Assembly: GCA_964636285.1 (NCBI GenBank)
Contig: CAZWQF010000002.1
Coordinates: 73,669-137,668, forward strand
DNA from: an uncultured Candidatus Saccharibacteria bacterium
GTDB lineage: Bacteria > Patescibacteriota > WWE3 > UBA101185 > 2-01-FULL-41-18
DNA length: 64,000 nucleotides
Direction: 5' to 3'
The position numbers and the translations under genes were made by a program. Positions 57,332 through 64,000 of this stretch are shown piece after piece (the stretch's first letter is position 1; every line of letters starts with the position of its first letter). A model generated the notes under the pieces. The model was not told the DNA's origin, searched no databases, and was given only the letters and a program-made list of their open reading frames with translations.

Positions 57332-58557
57332 TAGCCTAGCATCCCATTAATCTCCCCGTAAATTTGAATGAGCCTGTTATACTTTGCAACTCTTTCATGC
57401 GAAGGAGCACCGGCCTTTAAGTAATCCGCATTAACACCCACTGCAAAATCAGAAATAAAAGTATCAACAGCGGATTCACCACTTCTATGAGAAATTATTG
57501 TGAACATACCTGCCTCTTTGGCTTTCTTAACAAAGTCATAAGTTTCGGATATTGACCCGATTTGATTCGGTTTAACAATAACTGCATTACAGGCTTTGTT
57601 ATCAATGGCCATTTTTAGTCTGGCAACATTCGTAACTGCAAGGTCATCACCAACAACTAACAGGGAGTCATGGTATTTCTCGCAGTACCTAGCCCAGGAC
57701 CAAAAATCATCTTCATTAAATACGTCCTCGGTATAGATGACAGGGTACTTTGGGAATGTGGAATCATAGTACTCCTCAAGCTTTTCTGGGGTCATCTCAA
57801 GCTTCTCCTCGGGGATTTTATACTTCCCATCTTCATAAAAGGAGTTGCTTGCAACATCCATCCCAAGAAACATCTCATCACCAGGCTTTAACCCACTCTT
57901 TTTTATTGCTTCAAGGATCATGTCTAAAGCTTTTTTAGTGGTAAGACCTTTAGGGGCAAATCCCCCTTCGTCTCCAACTTCGGTATCAAATCCGTTATCG
58001 GCTAAGATTTTTTTGAGAGTTTTATACACAAGGGCTCCACTTTCAACAGACTTGAGGTAATCAACCCTTCTGGCAGGAATTGCCATAAATTCTTGAAACG
58101 AAAGATTGTTCCTGCAGTGTTTACCACCATTAATGATGTTAAATACTGGCGTGGGAATTCCCATCTCTTTTGTTCCAAAAAGCTCATGAATGTACTGATA
58201 AAGCGGGATTTTCTTACTTACAGCAGACGCACTGGCTGCAGCAATTGAAACCGAAAGGATCGAATTTGCCCCAAAGTTTTTCTTGTCTGGAGTACCATCC
58301 ATATCAATCATTTTTTGATCAAGGTCCTGTTGCTTTGAAGCATCAAAACCCTTAAGCTCTGAGCTTAATTTATCATTTATGATTTGGACGGCTTTTTCCG
58401 GAGCAATTGATACTGCCTCATACCCACCAGTTGAAGCACCCTCGGGGACTTCAGTGACCCCGAGGGAACCATCTTCCAGTTTTACAGAAGTATGTAGTGT
58501 CCAGTTTCCTCTTGAATTAAGTACTTTATGTGCGTATATCTTCTCAATCTTTGCCAT
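57328..58557 (-). CDS. eno: Enolase (phosphopyruvate hydratase)
   Basis: MAKIEKIYAHKVLNSRGN is the enolase N-terminus; full-length similarity follows. The ATG at 58557 is preferred (AAGGG ribosome-binding site upstream) over the longer 58635 start. Confidence 0.95.
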   Translation of the reverse strand: MAKIEKIYAHKVLNSRGNWTLHTSVKLEDGSLGVTEVPEGASTGGYEAVSIAPEKAVQIINDKLSSELKGFDASKQQDLDQKMIDMDGTPDKKNFGANSILSVSIAAASASAVSKKIPLYQYIHELFGTKEMGIPTPVFNIINGGKHCRNNLSFQEFMAIPARRVDYLKSVESGALVYKTLKKILADNGFDTEVGDEGGFAPKGLTTKKALDMILEAIKKSGLKPGDEMFLGMDVASNSFYEDGKYKIPEEKLEMTPEKLEEYYDSTFPKYPVIYTEDVFNEDDFWSWARYCEKYHDSLLVVGDDLAVTNVARLKMAIDNKACNAVIVKPNQIGSISETYDFVKKAKEAGMFTIISHRSGESAVDTFISDFAVGVNADYLKAGAPSHERVAKYNRLIQIYGEINGMLGY

Positions 58558-58564
58558 AAAGCCC

Positions 58565-60850
58565 TTACTTTGAATGCTTTTTCTTAACCTCAGTAGACTT
58601 ATGCCCAACCAGTTTCTTTTCTGAGTCGTAGACAATCTTTCTTGTCTTTTCTATTACGTCAGGACTTACAGAAACTGAGGTAATCCCCCACTCTACAAGC
58701 TTTTCTACAAGCTCTGGGTACTCAGATGGTGCCTGACCGCACATTGAGCATGTTACTTTGTATTTTTTACAGGTTGTAACAATTCTCTCAAAGCTCCAAA
58801 GAAGTGCAGGATCAAGTTCGCTATAAACATTTGCAACAAGCTCGTTGTCTCTGTCTGCTCCAAGAGTAAGCATTGTAAGGTCATTTGATCCTACAGACAC
58901 GCCATCAATACCTTCCTCAATAAATTTATCAAGGAGAATAACGTTTGATGGAATTTCGCACATCATCCAAAACTTGAATGAGCCACCTCTTCTTAAACCA
59001 GCGGCTGAAACGAACTTCTTAACCTCTCTAAGTTGATCAAGAGTTCTGACAAACGGAATCATAAGGTGAAAGTTTTTGTAGCCATGTTTATTTCTCACAA
59101 TCTTAATCGCCTCAAGCTCCATGTCAAAAACTTCATGATCTGCAAGGTACCTTGATGCACCTCTAAACCCAAGCATTGGATTTGGCTCATCACCCTCAAA
59201 CTCAGCTCCGCCCTTTAAGTTCTTGTACTCATTTGTTCTAAAGTCAGTAGCTCTATAGACCACCGGTCTTGGGCTAAATGCCTTAGCAAACTCAAGAAGA
59301 CCTTCTGCAAGTTTATTAATAAACTCCTTTTGTCTCTTCTCTTTGATGAACTTTCTTGGGTGTTCGCCAATCTGAGCAATCATGAATTCTGCTCTCAAAA
59401 GACCAACACCATCAATGTTTCTTGCAGCAATATCTTTTGCAAGATCAGGCTCAGCAAGGTTAACGTAAATTTTTGTAGCGGTCTTCATTGCTGACGTGTC
59501 AATCTTTTTTTCGTGCTCTTTGTGCGTAGTGACTACATTTCCCTCATAAACTTTTCCATGAACACCATCAACTGTGACAACTTCACCCTCTTTAAGCATT
59601 CTTGTTGCATGCTGAGTTCCCACAACAGCAGGAATTCCAAGCTCTCTACTTACAATGGCTGCATGCGAAGTTCGGCCTCCTTCGTCTGTACAGATTGCAG
59701 AAGCCCTCCTCATTGCCGGAACAAAATCCGGATTTGTCATTTCAGCTACAAGAATATCTCCAACTTGAACTCTATCTATCTCTGTTGCATCCTTAAGAAT
59801 CTTTACTGGACCTGCAGCAACTCCAGGGGACGCCCCAAGGCCAGAAAGAAGGAATTTGTCCTCTTTAATATCAACTGTTTCAGAGCCTCCTCTAACCTTC
59901 ATCTTTAATGTAGTTACAGGTCTAGACTGAACAATATAAAGCTTTCCTTCTTCAAGTCCCCATTCAATGTCGCAAGGGAAGCCGTAGTGCTCTTCAATCT
60001 GATGCCCAATTTTTGCAAGAGCAATAACATTTGCGTCATCAAGCTTTTGTACTTCTTGGTATTCCTTTGAAATCGGAATTTTTCCTGATCTTGTAAATTG
60101 CCATGTTTGCTTTGAAAGCTCCTTTGAAACAATCTTAAAAGCATCTTTAGATACTAAAAACTGATCAGGAGTAACCTCTCCAGAAACTATTGGCTGTCCA
60201 AGTCCAAATGCCGCCTCAACGGAAATCTGAGACTTATCGTTTGTCATTGGGTTTACTGTAAACATGATTCCTGAAACTTCTGATTGAACCATGAGTTGAA
60301 CGGGAACTGCAATTCCAACCTTTAGGTGGTTGTAACCTTTATCTGTTCTGTAAAAAATGGCTCTAGACTCAAATAGTGAAGCCCAGCACATTTGAACATT
60401 CTTAACTACGTCTTCTGCTCCAATTACATTCAAGTATGTCTCTTGCTGCCCAGCAAAAGATGCATCTGGAAGATCTTCGGCTGTTGCAGATGACCTGACT
60501 GCCACAGGTTTATCATGCTCACCGCAAAGCTGGTGATAGTAATTTACTATCTGACCCTTAATAGATTCAGGCATTGCAGCGGTCATGATTGCTGTCTTTA
60601 CCCTTTCTGATGCCTCTATAAGTCTTTTGGAATCGTTGGTATCAAGACCCGATAATTCGTTTAAAATTTTGCTTCTGAGAGAGGTTTCTTCTAAAAACTG
60701 GTAGTAAGCGTCTGCGGTTACAACAAAGCCGTTTGGAACGGGAATGCCATGGGAGTACATTTCTCCAAGGTTTGCACCTTTACCACCTGCTACTGGGATG
60801 TCCGATTTTGAAATCTCTGAAAACCAGAGAGTTTGGGCAGTTTTATTCAT
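58565..60850 (-). CDS. ppsA: Phosphoenolpyruvate synthase (pyruvate, water dikinase)
   Basis: N-terminal ATP-grasp region WFSEISKSDIPVAGGKGANLGEMY. Phosphohistidine domain GGRTSHAAIVSRELGIPAVVG. C-terminal PEP-utilising TIM barrel. 761 aa. Confidence 0.9.
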   Translation of the reverse strand: MNKTAQTLWFSEISKSDIPVAGGKGANLGEMYSHGIPVPNGFVVTADAYYQFLEETSLRSKILNELSGLDTNDSKRLIEASERVKTAIMTAAMPESIKGQIVNYYHQLCGEHDKPVAVRSSATAEDLPDASFAGQQETYLNVIGAEDVVKNVQMCWASLFESRAIFYRTDKGYNHLKVGIAVPVQLMVQSEVSGIMFTVNPMTNDKSQISVEAAFGLGQPIVSGEVTPDQFLVSKDAFKIVSKELSKQTWQFTRSGKIPISKEYQEVQKLDDANVIALAKIGHQIEEHYGFPCDIEWGLEEGKLYIVQSRPVTTLKMKVRGGSETVDIKEDKFLLSGLGASPGVAAGPVKILKDATEIDRVQVGDILVAEMTNPDFVPAMRRASAICTDEGGRTSHAAIVSRELGIPAVVGTQHATRMLKEGEVVTVDGVHGKVYEGNVVTTHKEHEKKIDTSAMKTATKIYVNLAEPDLAKDIAARNIDGVGLLRAEFMIAQIGEHPRKFIKEKRQKEFINKLAEGLLEFAKAFSPRPVVYRATDFRTNEYKNLKGGAEFEGDEPNPMLGFRGASRYLADHEVFDMELEAIKIVRNKHGYKNFHLMIPFVRTLDQLREVKKFVSAAGLRRGGSFKFWMMCEIPSNVILLDKFIEEGIDGVSVGSNDLTMLTLGADRDNELVANVYSELDPALLWSFERIVTTCKKYKVTCSMCGQAPSEYPELVEKLVEWGITSVSVSPDVIEKTRKIVYDSEKKLVGHKSTEVKKKHSK

Positions 60851-60873
60851 ATGTATTTATTGTAGTACCTTGA

Positions 60874-62256
60874 TTACGAAAAGTGAATAGGAACAAGCAT
60901 CTCAGGCTTAAGTTCAGGAAGTAATCTCATAGCAAATTCTGCAAGGTCTTGTAAACCTTCTTTACTCTGAGCTTCCATTCGCACGGAAAAAATTGGTGTG
61001 GTGTTTGATGATCTTATTACAACCCAGTCTGTCTGATTTAAATAAGCTCTAATCCCGTCTACCTCAACTCTTCTAACAACCTTAGGATCATCTAAAGCCA
61101 GCCTCTTAACGTCCTCAATCCTCTTAGGTTTTTCAGATTCTGGAATCGGAACTTTAATTTCATCAGTATGGTAGGTTTTTGGGTATTTTTGCATGAACTC
61201 TGACAAAGAAGTGTCAAGGCTTGACAAGACCTCAAGAACCTTCAGGGAAGCAAATATTCCGTCATCGTATCCTAAATAACCAGAGCCATAAAACATGTGA
61301 CCAGAATACTCCCCACCAATGAGAGCACCCTCCCTAAGCCCTTTCAAAAAATACGGATGCCCTGTTCGAATCATTCTGGGCTCCCCTCCAAGCTCCTTAA
61401 CCCTAATTCCTAGTGTTTCTGTTGACTTTACATCAAATAAAACTGCGCCTTTTTGAGTTTTTAGTAGATCTTCAGCAAGAAAAAGCAGCATCTTATCATT
61501 CGAATAAACATTACCTTTCTCGTCCACAACACCAAATCTATCCGAATCTGTGTCAAAGGCAAACCCAGCATCAAAACCGCCTTCTACGACTTTCTGAGAA
61601 AGAGTCTTCATAAATAAATTATTCTCAGGATCGGGCACTCCATGCGGATAGTCTCCATCTAGATTACAAAATAAAGTCTCAAAGTTAATTCCAAGCCTTG
61701 AATAAAGTGTTGAGGCAAACGCACTAGACGTACCATTTCCACAATCAATTAGCACTCTAAGCCTTTTTTTGAACGTAAAGAGAGAAGCAAGGTGCTCAAT
61801 ATAGAGTGGGTTTAAATCGTCGTAGTTAACAGATCCATTTTCATGAGGAAAAACTCCCTGTTCTGCAATTTCTTTAATTTGCAAAATCTGCTCGCCAAAA
61901 ATTGGTTCTGCTTTTCTCCCGCAAAACCTAAAACCGTTGTAGTTTGAGGGGTTATGGCTTGCCGTAACAATCACACCAGCATCAAATCTCTTATCGTGTG
62001 TCAAAAATTGAATGGTGGGGGTTAAACTTAAGCCAACATCGGTGACATGACAACCTACAGACATTAGGCCAAAAACAAACTTATCTTTGAGCTCAGGTGA
62101 AGTTTTTCTGTTATCATGACCAATCACTACCCTATCCCCAAATTTAGACTTCACATACATACCATACGCCTTGCCAAGAAGCTCAGCGTCGTAATAGTTT
62201 AGATGGTCTGGAACCACCCCTCTAATATCATAGTTTTTGTAAATGACTGGATTCAC
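60874..62256 (-). CDS. Alpha-D-phosphohexomutase (phosphoglucomutase/phosphomannomutase, ManB/GlmM family)
   Basis: Active-site Ser loop VTASHNPSNYNGF. Metal-binding DTDSDR. Sugar-binding GGEYSGH. Confidence 0.85.
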   Translation of the reverse strand: MNPVIYKNYDIRGVVPDHLNYYDAELLGKAYGMYVKSKFGDRVVIGHDNRKTSPELKDKFVFGLMSVGCHVTDVGLSLTPTIQFLTHDKRFDAGVIVTASHNPSNYNGFRFCGRKAEPIFGEQILQIKEIAEQGVFPHENGSVNYDDLNPLYIEHLASLFTFKKRLRVLIDCGNGTSSAFASTLYSRLGINFETLFCNLDGDYPHGVPDPENNLFMKTLSQKVVEGGFDAGFAFDTDSDRFGVVDEKGNVYSNDKMLLFLAEDLLKTQKGAVLFDVKSTETLGIRVKELGGEPRMIRTGHPYFLKGLREGALIGGEYSGHMFYGSGYLGYDDGIFASLKVLEVLSSLDTSLSEFMQKYPKTYHTDEIKVPIPESEKPKRIEDVKRLALDDPKVVRRVEVDGIRAYLNQTDWVVIRSSNTTPIFSVRMEAQSKEGLQDLAEFAMRLLPELKPEMLVPIHFS

Positions 62257-62285
62257 CTCTAAATATTAAGTAATATCAATCCATT

Positions 62286-63347
62286 GTGTCAAAGAAGAGC
62301 TTCTTTTTAACTGTCCTTATAATACTTGTGCTTTCCTCTATATTTGGAATTTTGTACTTCCAAAACAGTAAATTGGCACCTCCAGAATTTGTTTCACCGC
62401 TTGGGAGCAATAAATCTGATTCTTCCAAGACATCAAACACCAAGGAAGATTCAATAGAGCACGCCTCAAGTTTAGAATCAACCAAAGTACCCAGAGATAA
62501 AAATGAGGTATTTAGCCTGTTACTGCTTGGAATCGATAGAAGATCAAAAGATGAAGTAGGTTTTAGAAGTGACATTATGGTGCTCATGACAATTAACCCA
62601 AACCAAAAAAAGGTGGTGATGACCTCTGTTCCAAGAGATCTATGGATCAACGGAAGCAGGATAAACGCTATTATGACTGGAGGCGGGTGGGAAGCTATGC
62701 AAAGTGCTTTTCAGAGCGTCACGGGACAAAAACCAATTGCGTTTATTCAATGCGACTTTGAAGACCTTGTATGGCTTGTTGACGCCATGGGAGGTGTTGA
62801 AATCGAGCTCGAAAACGGCTTCACCGATGAAGAGTACCCCGAAGACACCACAAAAACATATATGACGGTGAGTTTTGAAAAAGGAGTACAAAAAGTTGAT
62901 GGAAAATCAGCCTTAGTACTATCAAGATCAAGGCATGGTAATAACGGTGAAGGTAGTGATTTCAAACGAATGCAAAGGCAGCACAAAATCCTTAAAGCAA
63001 TGCCTGAGGCAATACTTTCCTCAAATAGCATTTTTAACCCAATGAACTTACCAAAGTTTTATCAGACAGTAACAGAGCACTTAGTAACAAACCTTTCCTT
63101 AAGTGATGTAAAACTCCTTTGGGATTTTTACAACATAAGAAAAGAATACAAAATTGAAAGTCTTTTTATTGACTCAAATTATTTAATTAACCCTCCGATG
63201 TCAGAATATGGTGGGGCATGGGTTCTCATAGCTCCGAATAACAATTACTCCAAAATCCATACTGATATAAAAGTTAGTGCTGGATTAGTTTCTCCAGAGA
63301 ATGCTCAAGAAAAGGTGCCAAGCAACCAAACAAGCGCCACAAATTAA
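62286..63347 (+). CDS. LCP-family (LytR-CpsA-Psr) glycopolymer phosphotransferase
   Basis: N-terminal TM, then LLLGIDRR...RSDIMVLMTINPNQKKVVMTSVPRDLWI, the LCP core. Confidence 0.8.
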   Translation: MSKKSFFLTVLIILVLSSIFGILYFQNSKLAPPEFVSPLGSNKSDSSKTSNTKEDSIEHASSLESTKVPRDKNEVFSLLLLGIDRRSKDEVGFRSDIMVLMTINPNQKKVVMTSVPRDLWINGSRINAIMTGGGWEAMQSAFQSVTGQKPIAFIQCDFEDLVWLVDAMGGVEIELENGFTDEEYPEDTTKTYMTVSFEKGVQKVDGKSALVLSRSRHGNNGEGSDFKRMQRQHKILKAMPEAILSSNSIFNPMNLPKFYQTVTEHLVTNLSLSDVKLLWDFYNIRKEYKIESLFIDSNYLINPPMSEYGGAWVLIAPNNNYSKIHTDIKVSAGLVSPENAQEKVPSNQTSATN

Positions 63348-63655
63348 AACGCGTTCTCAAAATGAGTGATGGATAAGGGATTGAGGCATATGGACACAAC
63401 ATCAAACCTAAGTTGTTTTGTTGCCAGGCCATTTGCCCTAATATAGGTGAGCCCAGTAAGCTTTAAACCTCTGATTTTGTTAGTGGAGATAGAAGCCATT
63501 GGAGATCCATAAGCTAATGATTTCCTTGTCTTTACTTCAATAAAGACGCAAACATCGCCTTGTTTCATTACAATATCAAGTTCACCAACCTTAGGAACTA
63601 AGTAGTTTGAACATAAAAACTTAAAACCCTTGTCCTCAAGGTATTTTCTGGCCAT
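63344..63655 (-). CDS. yraN: YraN-family (UPF0102) putative endonuclease
   Basis: GELDIVMKQGDVCVFIEVKTRK is the PD-(D/E)xK-like YraN core. 103 aa. Confidence 0.75.
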   Translation of the reverse strand: MARKYLEDKGFKFLCSNYLVPKVGELDIVMKQGDVCVFIEVKTRKSLAYGSPMASISTNKIRGLKLTGLTYIRANGLATKQLRFDVVSICLNPLSITHFENAF

Positions 63656-63748
63656 TCTTTCACCAAGAATTCCAATTTTATTTGAAATATTTAATTTATT
63701 TGTAGCAATATCATTTGTTATAACAGAAAATATTATAAATTCAAGAAG

Positions 63749-64000
63749 TTATTCAATAGGTCTGTCTGGGGCAATTTTATAGACCGGTACCAAGCTTTTA
63801 AGGATATCCATCCATAGAGGAACAGCAGTTTCGGCAGCATAGATACTTGAAGTTGGCTTTTCAAGCTTAACCACCATGACAAACTTTTTGTCTGAAGGAA
63901 GTTTTGGCAAAAATCCTACAAAAGTTGTGTTGGTCTTATCAGCTAAGTATTTTCCCTCTACGGGAATTTGTGCTGTACCAGTCTTTCCTGCAATTGTGTA
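63749..64000 (-). CDS. Partial (C-terminal 83 aa) class B penicillin-binding protein transpeptidase; the gene continues beyond the window edge
   Basis: Manual translation: ...YTIAGKTGTAQIPVEGKYLADKTNTTFVGFLP...AAETAVPLWMDILKSL... with the KTG motif (GKTGTA). Confidence 0.6.
   Translation of the reverse strand, partial: YTIAGKTGTAQIPVEGKYLADKTNTTFVGFLPKLPSDKKFVMVVKLEKPTSSIYAAETAVPLWMDILKSLVPVYKIAPDRPIE

Overview
AT-rich (about 33-38% GC), gene-dense bacterial window with short intergenic spacers and frequent start/stop overlaps. The gene content looks like a small-genome Gram-positive-like lineage, possibly Candidate Phyla Radiation/Patescibacteria. This lineage call is an inference from composition and gene repertoire, not something I could verify. 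Layout, left to right: (a) 340-5925, an accessory-looking block holding an XRE regulator, a small helical protein, a single-HKD PLD-family nuclease, two VOC/glyoxalase proteins, an alpha/beta hydrolase, an MliC-like lysozyme-inhibitor domain protein, a cupin, an APH-like kinase and an HAD hydrolase, ending at tRNA-Thr(CGT). (b) 5950-20896, a surface-glycan locus with a PMT-like membrane glycosyltransferase carrying TPR repeats, an O-antigen-ligase-like protein, a Wzx flippase, GT2 and GT4 enzymes, and three exported glycosidases (GH clan A, GH18, GH1), interrupted by tRNA-Val(CAC), lepB and rplU-rpmA. (c) 20896-38656, a long minus-strand run: a LytR_C-domain fusion protein, tlyA, rodA, ileS, a micro-ORF, a PduO-type cobalamin adenosyltransferase, class II (B12-dependent) ribonucleotide reductase, then the division/cell-wall cluster ftsZ-ftsA-ftsQ-murG-ftsW-mraY-murA-secG. 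(d) 38669-55075, a DNA-repair neighbourhood: a short uvrC, a transglutaminase-like exported protein, uvrA, two unknown genes, PBP1A, a sortase, uvrB, a HelD-like helicase, a degenerate-ATPase regulator with an OmpR-type winged helix, and lexA with a textbook sigma-70 promoter plus a GTTACG/CGTAAC palindrome. (e) 55086-55790, a sharply GC-elevated (about 50-55%) segment encoding a membrane-anchored protein of unknown function, a likely horizontal acquisition. (f) 55809-64000: a histidine phosphatase, a PGRP-type amidase, enolase, PEP synthase, a phosphohexomutase, an LCP-family protein, YraN, and a partial class-B PBP at the window edge. I found no rRNA, CRISPR array, integrase or transposase. 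The best candidates for undescribed biology are the XRE/helical protein/HKD-nuclease module, the high-GC inserted gene, the ATPase-wHTH regulator paired with lexA/helD, and the actin-like?-TM-LytR_C fusion protein.
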